A stretch of DNA of 64,000 nucleotides from Devosiaceae bacterium (GTDB taxonomy: Bacteria > Pseudomonadota > Alphaproteobacteria > Rhizobiales > Devosiaceae), in contig DATJHO010000052.1 of NCBI GenBank assembly GCA_035493835.1, positions 1,497-65,496 of the forward strand, given 5' to 3'. This document shows positions 50,186 through 59,765 of this stretch, one piece after another. Under the pieces are notes generated by a model. That model had not been told where the DNA came from, made no database searches, and saw only the letters and a list, made by a program, of their open reading frames with translations. Position 1 is the stretch's first letter, and every line of letters starts with the position of its first letter. Both the position numbers and the translations under genes were made by a program.

Positions 50186-51345
50186 TCTGCAGGCGCCACC
50201 ACGGCGGAGCGGTAAGCCGGCAAGCCCGAGGCGAGGCGCTGCTCCGGCTTCTTGCGGGTCAGCGCCAGCATCAGGCCCATGCCGAAGGCGATGGCGATCA
50301 TCGAGGTGCCGCCGTAGGAAACAAAAGGAAGCGTCATGCCCTTGGGGGGAATCAGGTTGAGGTTGACGCAGAGGTTAATTGCCGATTGCAGCCCGAATTG
50401 GATTGCGATGGTCGAGGCAGCCAGCCGGTTGAAGAGGCTCGACTGCTGTTGCGCCGAGATCAGCGAGCGCACGACGATGAAGCAGATCAGCCCCACCAGC
50501 ACCAGGCAGAACAGCAGCCCGTAGTCGCCGGCGGCGGCCGAAAACACATAGTCGGCGTGCGCGTCGGGGATGAATTTGTTGGCGATCGATTCACCCGGGC
50601 CCCGCCCGAACCAGCCGCCCTCGAGCAACGAATTCAGCGCCTTGTCGACTTGGTAGGTATTTCCCCCGCCCTCAGGGTTGAGGAAGCTGTCGATGCGGTT
50701 GGAAACGTGCGGGAAGGCCAGGTAGGCGCCGTAGCCGAGCCCGACCGCCCCGGCCAAGAGGCTGAAGATGACGATCCAGGAAATGCCCGACATGAACAGC
50801 AGCGCCGCGAGCGTGGACAGCATCAGGGCCGTCTGCCCCACGTCCGGCTGCAGCACCAGCGCGCCGACGATCGGCAGCACCAGTATCGACGCGATGATCC
50901 GGCCGGGGATATCCTTCTTGATCATGCGCTCCGAAAACAGCCACGCCGCAATCACCGCATAGGCCGGCTTGACGAACTCGGAGGGCTGGATCGACTGGCC
51001 GGCGAAATTGATCCAGCGGCGCGCGCCCTTGACTTCGGCACCCAGCTTGAGCGTCGCCCAAAGTGCAAGGACGCTGACCACCAGCGTAATCAGCGCCGCC
51101 ATCCGCACCTGTCGCGCGGTGAGCAGCGAGGCGGCGACCATGACTGCGACCGAGGGCACCGCGAAGGCGCACTGCCTGACGATGAAAAAGTAATAGGGCA
51201 GGTGCAGCCGCTCGGCGACGGCGGGGCTGGCGGCAAAACTCAGCACCACCCCGCACCCGATCAGCAGGATGAGCGCCACCAACAATTCGCGGTCCACCGT
51301 CCACCACCATTCGGCGATCGGCGTTTTCTTCTCGCGTGAAAACAT
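50182..51345 (-). CDS. ftsW: Peptidoglycan glycosyltransferase FtsW (SEDS family)
   Basis: 10-TM FtsW/RodA pattern (RWINFAGQSIQPSEFVKP, PDAHADYVFS, PPKGMTLPFVSYGGTSM). Stop overlaps the murG start. Confidence 0.9.
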   Translation of the reverse strand: MFSREKKTPIAEWWWTVDRELLVALILLIGCGVVLSFAASPAVAERLHLPYYFFIVRQCAFAVPSVAVMVAASLLTARQVRMAALITLVVSVLALWATLKLGAEVKGARRWINFAGQSIQPSEFVKPAYAVIAAWLFSERMIKKDIPGRIIASILVLPIVGALVLQPDVGQTALMLSTLAALLFMSGISWIVIFSLLAGAVGLGYGAYLAFPHVSNRIDSFLNPEGGGNTYQVDKALNSLLEGGWFGRGPGESIANKFIPDAHADYVFSAAAGDYGLLFCLVLVGLICFIVVRSLISAQQQSSLFNRLAASTIAIQFGLQSAINLCVNLNLIPPKGMTLPFVSYGGTSMIAIAFGMGLMLALTRKKPEQRLASGLPAYRSAVVAPAE

Positions 51346-51420
51346 GATGACGCGCCGCCCCCAAGCGAGCGGCCTCCCGGTACTGATACGCAGGGGTTAA
51401 CGATAGCTCACTGTTGGTTA

Positions 51421-51457
51421 GCAAATCGCAAAGTGAATCGCGATTTGCGATTCACTT
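51421..51457. promoter_or_regulatory. Two interleaved perfect inverted repeats; putative Phd/VapC operator in the ftsW-phd divergent spacer
   Basis: GCAAATCGC (51421-29) pairs with GCGATTTGC (51440-48). AAGTGAATCGC (51431-41) pairs with GCGATTCACTT (51447-57). Located 47-83 nt upstream of the antitoxin ATG. Confidence 0.45.
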
Positions 51458-51503
51458 GAGGGGCGGCCCGGCAAGGCCTACGCTGCCGAGAAAGGAGGCG
51501 ATC

Positions 51504-51749
51504 ATGGACCGGGTCCGCGACACCGAAGCCAAGGAACGTTTCGAACTTCTGCTCGACCGCGTCGAGCAGGGCGAAGAAATCATCATCACCCGCGACGGCA
51601 AACCCGTCGCCCGCCTGGTGCAGGCCGAACCCGACTTCGATCGCGCCGCGGCGCTGCAGGCGGCGGAACAGATACAGGAACTCTCGAAGGGGCAAAACCT
51701 TCAAGGTCTCTCAATCAAGGACCTGATCAACGAGGGGCGGAAATATTGA
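51504..51749 (+). CDS. Type II antitoxin, Phd/YefM family
   Basis: 81 aa. AAAGGAGG SD 5 nt upstream. EAKERFELLLDRVEQGEEIIITRDGKPVARLV is the typical Phd/YefM N-domain. Overlaps the toxin start by 4 nt. Confidence 0.85.
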   Translation: MDRVRDTEAKERFELLLDRVEQGEEIIITRDGKPVARLVQAEPDFDRAAALQAAEQIQELSKGQNLQGLSIKDLINEGRKY

Positions 51750-52156
51750 TCGTCCTGGACGCTTCCCTGACACTCTCCTGGTACTTTGAGGATGAGCGAA
51801 CACCGGATCGCCTAGACGTCCTCCAGAAAGTTGCAGGGGCCGGCGCCGTAGTTCCGGCACACTGGCCCTTGGAAGTTGCGAACGGATTTGTGATGGCGGT
51901 CAGACGCGGTCGCATGTTTGCCGATCGCCGTGAGCTTGCATTCGCCGCTCTCGCGGCCTTGCCGATAACGGTCGATCCGGACTCCGCCACCCATGCCTGG
52001 TCGCTGAGCGTCGATCTAGCCGATCGTAGCCGCCTGACGGTCTACGATGCGGCCTACCTGGAACTCTCGCTCCGGCGAAAGCTTTCGTTAGCCACTCTGG
52101 ACATGCAACTCGCGCAGGCGGCCCGAAGCGCTGGCGTTGCCGTACTGCCCTCCTGA
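51746..52156 (+). CDS. vapC: Type II toxin, PIN-domain ribonuclease (VapC family)
   Basis: 136 aa. MIVLDASLTLSW...(E)...TVYDAAYLELSL...LATLD carries the PIN acidic residues (D5, E, D, D). TTG start within TTGA overlap. Confidence 0.8.
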   Translation: MIVLDASLTLSWYFEDERTPDRLDVLQKVAGAGAVVPAHWPLEVANGFVMAVRRGRMFADRRELAFAALAALPITVDPDSATHAWSLSVDLADRSRLTVYDAAYLELSLRRKLSLATLDMQLAQAARSAGVAVLPS

Positions 52157-52157
52157 G

Positions 52158-53243
52158 CTACCGCAGCTTCAGCGAGCTCAGCCCGATCAGCGCCAGCACG
52201 AAGGCGATGATCCAGAAGCGGATCACGACCTGGCTCTCGGTCCAACCGATGTGCTCGAAATGGTGGTGGATCGGCGCCATGCGGAAAACCCGCTTGCCGG
52301 TCAGCCGGAACGAGGTGACCTGCACGATCACCGACACGGTTTCCAGCAGGAACAGCCCGCCGATGATGGCCAGCACGATTTCGTGCTTGGTCGCCACCGC
52401 GATCGAGCCGAGCGCACCGCCCAAAGCGAGCGACCCCGTATCGCCCATGAAGATCTGGGCCGGTGGGGCGTTGAACCAGAGAAAACCGAGGCCGGCGCCG
52501 ATCAGCGCCCCGCAGAGCACGGAGAGCTCGCCGGTCCCCGGCACGAAATCCACCAGCAGGTAATCGGCAAAATTCTGGTTGCCCACGAGATAGGCAATCA
52601 GCCCGAACGAGCCCGCCGCGATCATCACCGGCACGATGGCGAGGCCGTCGAGCCCGTCGGTCAGGTTCACGGAATTGCCCGCCGCGACAACAACGAACCC
52701 GCCGATGAGAAAGAAGAAGATGCCGAAATTGAGCGCCAGCCCTTTGACGAAGGGGAAGAGCAGCGAATGCGAGTAGTGCGTGCCATCCATCATCGACATC
52801 AGATAGGCCGCGATCGCCGCGATGATGAACTCAAGGAGCAAGCGCTGGCGGCCGCCAAACCCCTTGTGCGACATGCGCGTGACCTTGAGATAGTCATCGT
52901 AAAACCCGATTGCCCCGAAGGAAACGGTCACGCCCAAAACGATCCATAGGTAGCCGTTCGCGAGATTGCCCCACAGCAATGTCGAAACAACGGTGCCGGA
53001 GAGGATCATCAGCCCGCCCATGGTGGGCGTGCCCTTCTTGGTCAGCAAGTGGCTCGCCGGACCGTCTTCACGGATGGGCTGGCCCTTGCCTTGCCGGATA
53101 CGCAACCCGGCAATCATTCCCGGACCGAAGAGGAAGACAAAAAACAGCGCCGTTACAACGGCGCCGGCGGTTCTGAAAGTAATGTAGCGAAAGACATTAA
53201 AGGCGGTGAGCTCACCACCCAATTGGCCCAGAAAATAGAGCAT
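52158..53243 (-). CDS. mraY: Phospho-N-acetylmuramoyl-pentapeptide transferase
   Basis: [45 protein letters not shown]. Confidence 0.95.
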   Translation of the reverse strand: MLYFLGQLGGELTAFNVFRYITFRTAGAVVTALFFVFLFGPGMIAGLRIRQGKGQPIREDGPASHLLTKKGTPTMGGLMILSGTVVSTLLWGNLANGYLWIVLGVTVSFGAIGFYDDYLKVTRMSHKGFGGRQRLLLEFIIAAIAAYLMSMMDGTHYSHSLLFPFVKGLALNFGIFFFLIGGFVVVAAGNSVNLTDGLDGLAIVPVMIAAGSFGLIAYLVGNQNFADYLLVDFVPGTGELSVLCGALIGAGLGFLWFNAPPAQIFMGDTGSLALGGALGSIAVATKHEIVLAIIGGLFLLETVSVIVQVTSFRLTGKRVFRMAPIHHHFEHIGWTESQVVIRFWIIAFVLALIGLSSLKLR

Positions 53244-53279
53244 GCCAGTACGTTTCCTCGTCTAGGCGGCAGCAGTCGC

Positions 53280-54674
53280 TTACTCGAACCTGTTGCGTAT
53301 AGCCTGGACAAGACCCGACAGCCGAACGCCGTTCGATCCTTTGATCATGATTGCGTCGCCGTAATCAAGCTCGTCGAGCACGATTTGAGCGATGTCGTCG
53401 GTCGTATGTGCGTGTCCTGCAACGGCGTTCGGGCCGAGGGTTTCGCCAAGCTCGCCCATATGGGGCCCGACGAGGAAGAGCCGGTCCGCGCCAGCCTCGA
53501 GCACGCTCTGCTTGAGGGCCCGATGCAGCGCCGGCGCCTGGGCCCCGAGTTCGAGCATATCACCGAGCACGAGGACCTTCTTGCCCCCCGGCGCGCGCTG
53601 CGTACCAAAAACGTCGAGCGCGGCGATCATCGAGGCGCCGTTGGCGTTGTAGCTCTCATCTATGAGGAGCAGCGGCCGTTCTGGAGCGCCGAGGCGAAGC
53701 GCCTGCCCCCTCCCCTCCGGCGCGCCGAAGGCATCAAGCGATTTCAGCGCCGCCGCCTGCTCGACCCCAAACAGTTCGCCGACAATCAAAGCCGCAACCG
53801 CGTTGGCGACCATGTGTCGGCCCTTGAGCCCAAGGGTCAAGACGATCGTCTCGCCGCCCCTGCGGATGTGCGCGACGGTTGCGGTCTCGGCGAACTCGAC
53901 GGCCTCGATCCGCCAGTCGGCGCCTGGGGCATAGCCATAGGTGATGATTCGGCCGATGCCACGCGCACGCGCCTCTTCGAGCAGGACCGGCAGGTAGGAA
54001 TGGTCGGCGTTCAGCACGGCCACTCCAGCCGGCTCAAGGCCATCAAATATCTCGGCCTTTGCCCTGGCGATCGCCTCGACGGAGGGAAAGAATTCGAGAT
54101 GCGCTGCCGCAACCGTGGTAATCACCGCTACATGCGGGCGGACGAGCTTGACCAGCGGAGTGATCTCGCCCGCATGGTTCATGCCGATCTCGAACACACC
54201 GAACGAAGCGCTTTTTGGCATGCGGGCCAGGGTCAGCGGCACGCCCCAGTGATTGTTAAAACTCTTGACGGAGGCGTGCGTTTCGCCGGCCTGGGCCAGC
54301 ACGGCCCGGATCGCCTCCTTGGTGGTGGTCTTGCCGGCACTGCCGGTTACCGCGACGATCCGGGCATCGCTCCGCGCTCGCGCGGCCCCGGCGAGATCGA
54401 CCAGACCCTGGAGCGCGTCCGGCACGACGATCAGGCGTTCGCCCAGTCCCGTCGCCTTCTCCTGGCTGACCAGTGCTGCCACGGCGCCGTTTTCCAGGGC
54501 CTTCCCGACGAAGTCATGCCCGTCAAACCGGTCGCCCTTGATGGCGACGAACAGGCCTTCAGGCGCGATCTCACGCGAATCGATGGAGATGCTGCAGACC
54601 TCGTCTCCGGTCAGCCCCTCGGCCCGGCCGCCGGTTGCCGCAATGATCTCGCCGACCGTGTAGAGACGTGCCAT
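53280..54674 (-). CDS. murF: UDP-N-acetylmuramoyl-tripeptide--D-alanyl-D-alanine ligase
   Basis: LFVAIKGDRFDGHDF, VAVTGSAGKTTTKE, NNHWGVPLTLARMP, DESYNANGASM. Confidence 0.95.
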   Translation of the reverse strand: MARLYTVGEIIAATGGRAEGLTGDEVCSISIDSREIAPEGLFVAIKGDRFDGHDFVGKALENGAVAALVSQEKATGLGERLIVVPDALQGLVDLAGAARARSDARIVAVTGSAGKTTTKEAIRAVLAQAGETHASVKSFNNHWGVPLTLARMPKSASFGVFEIGMNHAGEITPLVKLVRPHVAVITTVAAAHLEFFPSVEAIARAKAEIFDGLEPAGVAVLNADHSYLPVLLEEARARGIGRIITYGYAPGADWRIEAVEFAETATVAHIRRGGETIVLTLGLKGRHMVANAVAALIVGELFGVEQAAALKSLDAFGAPEGRGQALRLGAPERPLLLIDESYNANGASMIAALDVFGTQRAPGGKKVLVLGDMLELGAQAPALHRALKQSVLEAGADRLFLVGPHMGELGETLGPNAVAGHAHTTDDIAQIVLDELDYGDAIMIKGSNGVRLSGLVQAIRNRFE

Positions 54675-54732
54675 CGCTTACCCTTCAACGTTTCCGGCAA
54701 ATCGGCGCGGGCTCTGCAGCGGGAGCCGCAAA

Positions 54733-56235
54733 CTATCGCCGGATCGCCTCGGCAACCACCTCATGATCCGAGAAGTGGTGCCTGGTCGTGCCGACGATCT
54801 GATAATCTTCGTGGCCCTTTCCGGCGATCAAAACAACGTCGCGTGACCCCATTGTGGCGATGGCACTATCGATCGCGCGCTTGCGGTCGCCGATTTCTTC
54901 CGCGCTCGCTGCCGCTGCCAGGATTTCCGCGCGGATTGAGGCAGCATCCTCGGTGCGCGGATTGTCGTCCGTGACGATCACCCGGTCGGCGAGTTCCTGC
55001 GCAATGGCGCCCATTTCCGGGCGCTTGCCCTTGTCGCGGTCGCCACCGCAGCCAAAAACCACCGTCAGCTTGCCCTTGGCATAGGGGCGCAAGGCTTCGA
55101 GCGCATTCTTCAGGGCGTCCGGCGTGTGGGCGTAGTCGATGAAGACCGCGCTCTCGTCGCGCTGCGCCACCAGTTCGAGCCGGCCGCGCGCGCCCTTCAG
55201 GGTTTCTAGCCTCCGGAGCGCAACTTCCTTGGGTGCGCCGGTCGCCGCGGCAAGGCCAAGGGCCACCAGAGCATTACTCGCCTGGAAGGCCCCGGTCAGC
55301 GGCAGGTAGAAATCGGCGGGCTCGCCCACCATTCGCCCGCGCACCCGCTGGCCGAACCCCTCATTGACGATTTCCTTGACCTCGTAGAACGCCCCTTCAC
55401 TACCGACGGTCAGCAGGGTCAGCCCGCGGTCGAGCGCCGCGAACATGAACGGCATCGCTTCCGGATCGTCGATGTTGATGACCGCCGCACCGCCCTCGGC
55501 CGAAAGCTCGCGGAACAGGCGCAGCTTGGCCTCTGCATAGGCTTCCATGCTGAGGTGATAATCGAGGTGATCGCGCGTCAGATTGGTGAAACCGACGGCC
55601 TGGAAGCGGAGGCCGTCAAGCCGCCGCTGCTCGAGCCCATGGCTGGAAGCTTCGAGCGCCACGTGGTCGATGCCTTCGGCCTTGAGAGCGCCGAGGTCGC
55701 GATGAAGCGTCAGCGCATCCGGCGTCGTCAGCGAACCCGGCTTCAGACCGTGCAGGGTCTCGATGCCCAGCGTTCCAAGGCTTGCCGCATCGAACCCGCT
55801 GGCCTCCCAGATCTGCCGCACGAAGGCGGCGACCGAGGTCTTGCCATTAGTGCCAGTTACTGCCACCGAGCAGGCCGGCTGCGGCGTGAACCGGCGCGCG
55901 GCGGCGTGCGCATAAGCGGCCTGCACATCGCTCACCACGATGACCGGCACGCCGGGATTGGCATCCAGCTCGCGATCAGTCACGACGGCCGCTGCCCCGC
56001 GCGCCACCGCATCGGCGGCAAAGCCGTTGCCATGCGTCTTGCTGCCTGGCAGGGCAAAAAACGCGTCGCCCGCCTCAATGGCGCGGCTATCGGCATTGAT
56101 GCCGCTTATGCGCAGTTCAGCGTCGGGCCCGGCAGCGCTCGCCCCGTCCAGCAGCGCTCCAAGTGAGAACCACAAATTGGTCTCCCCCTCTACAAGGCTC
56201 GTCATCCCGTCACGGCTCTTTAGTGCTTCGGACAT
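54733..56235 (-). CDS. murE: UDP-N-acetylmuramoyl-L-alanyl-D-glutamate--2,6-diaminopimelate ligase
   Basis: VAVTGTNGKTSV, LEASSHGLEQ, FTNLTRDHLDYH and the meso-DAP-specific DNPR motif (VTDDNPRTED). Confidence 0.95.
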   Translation of the reverse strand: MSEALKSRDGMTSLVEGETNLWFSLGALLDGASAAGPDAELRISGINADSRAIEAGDAFFALPGSKTHGNGFAADAVARGAAAVVTDRELDANPGVPVIVVSDVQAAYAHAAARRFTPQPACSVAVTGTNGKTSVAAFVRQIWEASGFDAASLGTLGIETLHGLKPGSLTTPDALTLHRDLGALKAEGIDHVALEASSHGLEQRRLDGLRFQAVGFTNLTRDHLDYHLSMEAYAEAKLRLFRELSAEGGAAVINIDDPEAMPFMFAALDRGLTLLTVGSEGAFYEVKEIVNEGFGQRVRGRMVGEPADFYLPLTGAFQASNALVALGLAAATGAPKEVALRRLETLKGARGRLELVAQRDESAVFIDYAHTPDALKNALEALRPYAKGKLTVVFGCGGDRDKGKRPEMGAIAQELADRVIVTDDNPRTEDAASIRAEILAAAASAEEIGDRKRAIDSAIATMGSRDVVLIAGKGHEDYQIVGTTRHHFSDHEVVAEAIRR

Positions 56236-56290
56236 CGAAACGCCATCTGCTCCATCTGCGGGTCACGCCCGCTTGTTCGTCGTGCCCGCT

Positions 56291-58018
56291 TTAGCGGATC
56301 GACACCGGCACCATCTGATCATCGAGGGCCTGGTCGAAGTTGGGAGCAACGCCCAGCATCGGCGCCACGCCTGCCACGATCCTGCCCGTAATTTCGCCGG
56401 CGTTCCAGCCCGCCGTATCGCCCGTGGTCGCGCTTTCGCGGTGCGGCTCGTCAATGATCACGACCATCGCGTATTTTGGTGCATCCATTGGAAACGCCGA
56501 AGCGAAAACGTTGAAGTTTTTGCTCCGGGAATAGCGGCCATTCTCAACCTTTTCGGCCGTGCCCGTCTTGCCGCCAACCCGATAGCCTTCCGCTAAGCGG
56601 TTCATTACCGAACCCGAGCCTTCGATGCCATTGAGGCGCATCAGTTCGCGGATCTCGAGGCTGGTCTTAGGCGAAATGAAGCGCTTGGCGAGTTGGGCGA
56701 CCTCTTGGGGCGTGCGCTTATAGACCGTGGGCGGCTCATAGACGCCGTTATTGACGAACGCGGCCATTGCCGCCGCCATGTGCAGCGGGGTGATGGAAAT
56801 GCCGTGGCCAAAGGAGGCCGTCGCAGCCGTGACGTCCGAGAGGGTTTTTGGAATATAGGAAGTTGTCTTTTCCGGCAGTTCGATCGGCAGTGGCGAATCG
56901 AAGCCAACCTTGGTCATGAAGCCGCGGAAATTGTCCTTGCCCCAGGTCTGCTCGATGTGGATGGCGCCGACGTTGGACGAGTATTTGTAGACCTCCGGCA
57001 GGCTCAGCATGCGGTGCTGGCCGTGGAAATCGGTGATGGTGAAGCGGCCGAAGCGGACGCCGAAGCGGGCGTCGAATTGATCGGTCATCTTGATCGCGCC
57101 GGCATCGAGCGCGCCCGCGATCGTCACGGTCTTGAAGGTCGAGCCCAGCTCATATTTGCCGGCGGTGATGCGGTTGAAACGCATCGCCTTCTCGCCATTG
57201 TAGGGGGCGATCATCGAAGAGGGATCGTTGGGGTCGAAATCCGGCAAGGACACCAGCCCGAGCACCTCGCCGGTCTTGACGTCAATCATCACGCCAGCAT
57301 CGGCCTTGGCCTGGTAGCGGGTCAGCGCATCGAGCAGCACCTGCCGCATCACGTGCTGCACGCGCATATCGATGCTGAGCTGCACCGGCTTGAGGTTTCC
57401 CCCGTTGGCGATGCCGACCGACTGCAATTGGGCAAGGCCCTGACTGTCGATATATTGCTCGATGCCGCCAATGCCCTGGTTGTCGACGTTGACCGAACCG
57501 AGAATATGCGAGGCTTCCGGCCCGCCGGGATAGAACCGCTTGCTTTCGGTGAGGAAATCGAGGCCCGGGATGCCGAGCTGATAGATCTTGTCTTCGAGCG
57601 CGGGCGTCAGATCACGCTTGATCCACACGAAACCCTTTTCGCCCGAGAGCTTGTTCCTGAGCCAGGCGGGATCGAGATCGGGGAGGACGGTGCGCAGCTT
57701 TTCGACCGCATCGTCCACGTCGATGATCCGCCGCGGCTCGGCATAGAGCGAGGGCACGCGGATATCGACGGCCATTTCGAGACCGTTCCTGTCGAGAATG
57801 GCAGGCCGGGAAGCGGAAATCGCCTCGCGCGTGCGCCCCTCGATGGTGGTGTCCTGCACGACCATGCCGAGCTGCACCAGGCGTCCGCAAACGATCAGGA
57901 ACAGCGTCACCAGCCCGATGATCACCCAGCGGATGCGGGTCCTGGTGAGATCGCCCCGGAACTTCTTTGCTCCGGTGAGCGAAATCGGCGCGGCATCGCC
58001 GCCCGTCATGATCGCCAT
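56291..58018 (-). CDS. ftsI: Peptidoglycan D,D-transpeptidase FtsI (PBP3)
   Basis: N-terminal TM, dimerisation domain, transpeptidase motifs STFK (ELGSTFKTV), SSN (YSSNVG) and KTG (GGKTGTAEK). Confidence 0.95.
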   Translation of the reverse strand: MAIMTGGDAAPISLTGAKKFRGDLTRTRIRWVIIGLVTLFLIVCGRLVQLGMVVQDTTIEGRTREAISASRPAILDRNGLEMAVDIRVPSLYAEPRRIIDVDDAVEKLRTVLPDLDPAWLRNKLSGEKGFVWIKRDLTPALEDKIYQLGIPGLDFLTESKRFYPGGPEASHILGSVNVDNQGIGGIEQYIDSQGLAQLQSVGIANGGNLKPVQLSIDMRVQHVMRQVLLDALTRYQAKADAGVMIDVKTGEVLGLVSLPDFDPNDPSSMIAPYNGEKAMRFNRITAGKYELGSTFKTVTIAGALDAGAIKMTDQFDARFGVRFGRFTITDFHGQHRMLSLPEVYKYSSNVGAIHIEQTWGKDNFRGFMTKVGFDSPLPIELPEKTTSYIPKTLSDVTAATASFGHGISITPLHMAAAMAAFVNNGVYEPPTVYKRTPQEVAQLAKRFISPKTSLEIRELMRLNGIEGSGSVMNRLAEGYRVGGKTGTAEKVENGRYSRSKNFNVFASAFPMDAPKYAMVVIIDEPHRESATTGDTAGWNAGEITGRIVAGVAPMLGVAPNFDQALDDQMVPVSIR

Positions 58019-58021
58019 GGC

Positions 58022-58396
58022 TTACTGCCCCCCGATCGGTTTGTCGGCCGGATCGACACCGGCTTGCAGCGAGCTGAACAGCGCCGTCATCGCCGCGGTA
58101 TCGGGCTGCACCGGACGCATCGGCAATTCGGAAAGCGAGCCGAACTGCGTCTGCTTGATCGGCTGCAGGTTGAGCTGGGCAATGTGCCGGTCGATGATCG
58201 GCTGGATGTAGGAGGGCTGGTTTAGATAGGACCAGTCGGCCTCGAGCAGCGATAACTGGCCCTTCTGCTGCTCGATATGCCGCTCGAGCGCCTGCTTGTT
58301 CTTGGCCACTTCCTCGACCGAGTATTTGAGACCGTAGACGGCAACGAAGGCTATGCTGCTGGTGATCAGCAGCAGGATGTTGAGCTTCCGGATCAA
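58022..58396 (-). CDS. ftsL: Cell division protein FtsL (alphaproteobacterial type)
   Basis: 124 aa. Single TM (NILLLITSSIAFVAVYGL) then a coiled coil. Located between rsmH and ftsI. TTG start overlaps the rsmH stop. Confidence 0.75.
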   Translation of the reverse strand: MIRKLNILLLITSSIAFVAVYGLKYSVEEVAKNKQALERHIEQQKGQLSLLEADWSYLNQPSYIQPIIDRHIAQLNLQPIKQTQFGSLSELPMRPVQPDTAAMTALFSSLQAGVDPADKPIGGQ

Positions 58397-59391
58397 GTCG
58401 CTCCTCCGATCTGCGGCACGCCAAGGCCAGCCGTGCCCACGGGCCGAGCGGGCGCCGCGGTTCGCAAGGCGCTGCGCAGGGTCGCGGAGCGGGCCCGCGC
58501 GTTGCGGGCGAGTTCGTCCGCCCCGGCCTTGCGCGCCTTGGCGATGTGCGCCCAGCGAGAGTCTTCCACGCGCCGTTCCGGGAGGTGGCGGGACTGCGTC
58601 GGGGCCGATTTTTCGGGCTCGAAGAAGCGCTTGACGATCCTGTCCTCGAGCGAATGGAAGGTGACCACGGCGAGCCGCCCGCCTTCCGGCAGCAGCCGCT
58701 CGGCCGCGAACAGGCCTTCGACCAGCTGGCCGAACTCATCGTTGACGGCGATGCGCAAGGCCTGGAAGCTCCGGGTCGCCGGGTGGGCGTCTCCCGGCTT
58801 GCGGCCGATGGCCTTTTCGATCAGGCGCGCCAGTTCGCCAGTGGTCGCGATCGGCTTTTCGGCACGGGCGGCGGCGATGGTCTTGGCGATGCGACGGGAC
58901 TTCCGCTCCTCGCCATAAGCATAGAGGAGGTTCGCAAGATCGGCCTCGGCAAGCCCGTTCACCAGATCGGCCGCGCTCTCGCCCTCGCCGGCCATGCGCA
59001 TATCGAGCGGCCCTTCGCGCATGAAGGAAAAGCCCCGCTCGGCTTCATCGAGCTGCATGGAAGAGACGCCGATATCGAGGACAACCCCGTCCACCGGCTC
59101 GCCGCTTGCCAAGAGTTCGAGTTCGGCAAATACGCCTGGCACGAAGGTGAAGCGATCCGGATAGGCCTCGGTCAGGCTCGCGGCGAAAGGCGCGACACTG
59201 GGATCGCGGTCGATGGCGACAATGCTCGCCCCCGCTTCGAGCAAGGCGCGGGAATAGCCGCCGGCCCCGAAGGTGCCGTCGACGATCCGCGCGCCGGCGA
59301 GCGGCGACAACGCCTCCAGCACCTCGGCCAGCAATACCGGGGCATGCGGCCCGGCCGCTCCCGAGCTTTCGGGCCTACGAGGCTGACGCAT
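58393..59391 (-). CDS. rsmH: 16S rRNA (cytosine1402-N4)-methyltransferase
   Basis: HAPVLLAEVLEAL, DGTFGAGGYSRALL, LDIGVSSMQLD, VVTFHSLEDRIVK. Confidence 0.95.
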   Translation of the reverse strand: MRQPRRPESSGAAGPHAPVLLAEVLEALSPLAGARIVDGTFGAGGYSRALLEAGASIVAIDRDPSVAPFAASLTEAYPDRFTFVPGVFAELELLASGEPVDGVVLDIGVSSMQLDEAERGFSFMREGPLDMRMAGEGESAADLVNGLAEADLANLLYAYGEERKSRRIAKTIAAARAEKPIATTGELARLIEKAIGRKPGDAHPATRSFQALRIAVNDEFGQLVEGLFAAERLLPEGGRLAVVTFHSLEDRIVKRFFEPEKSAPTQSRHLPERRVEDSRWAHIAKARKAGADELARNARARSATLRSALRTAAPARPVGTAGLGVPQIGGAT

Positions 59392-59394
59392 CTC

Positions 59395-59765
59395 TTACGC
59401 GCAACTCCACTTCGGCCACCGGACCGAGACGCACCGCCCGCACAGAGCGGGCATTGGCGCACTTTGACCAAGGGAGTTTAAGATTCTGTTGCCCATAAGG
59501 GCAGCACTGGTATCTGACCGGACAAAAGTGCCAACGGGGATCTGACTCCCGATGGGTTCGCCATGCGTTGCACGGAGTGCCAATAACACAGCATCATTCC
59601 GGCGAAGGCGGGAATCCCTGTCAGATACCTTCTACTTAGGCCGATAACGGAGATCCCTGCCTTCGCCGGGATGACGCAGGGATGAAGGCGCTCGGCAAAC
59701 ACCTTGGAGGCGACAAAGAACGCGCCCTCATTATTGTTCAGCGGAGCTGGTTAGCTCGCGTCCAT
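59395..59765 (-). pseudogene. mraZ: Probable decayed mraZ remnant
   Basis: Occupies the mraZ position (rnpB, then this region, then rsmH; its TAA lies 3 nt before the rsmH ATG). The frame from ATG 59765 reads MDAS*PAPLNNNEGAFFVASKVFAERL and then runs into a family A REP doublet. After a frameshift the distal 64-aa ORF contains GSQIPVGTFVRSDTSAALMGNRIL, a degenerate match to the MraZ motif GR-x-x-IP-x-x-(F/L)R ... G-x-NR-IEIW. Total length is well below the normal length of about 150 codons. Confidence 0.4.
59593..59675. repeat. Family A REP doublet (variant) inside the mraZ remnant
   Basis: ATCATTCCGGCGAAGGCGGGAATCCCT (59593-59619) and AGATCCCTGCCTTCGCCGGGATGAC (59651-59675). Confidence 0.7.

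Noticed and set aside
59395-59589. The 64-aa ORF immediately upstream of rsmH as an independent small gene
   Set aside because: No credible SD or start is present. Its position and residual motif fit the C-terminal part of a decayed mraZ better (reported as a pseudogene).
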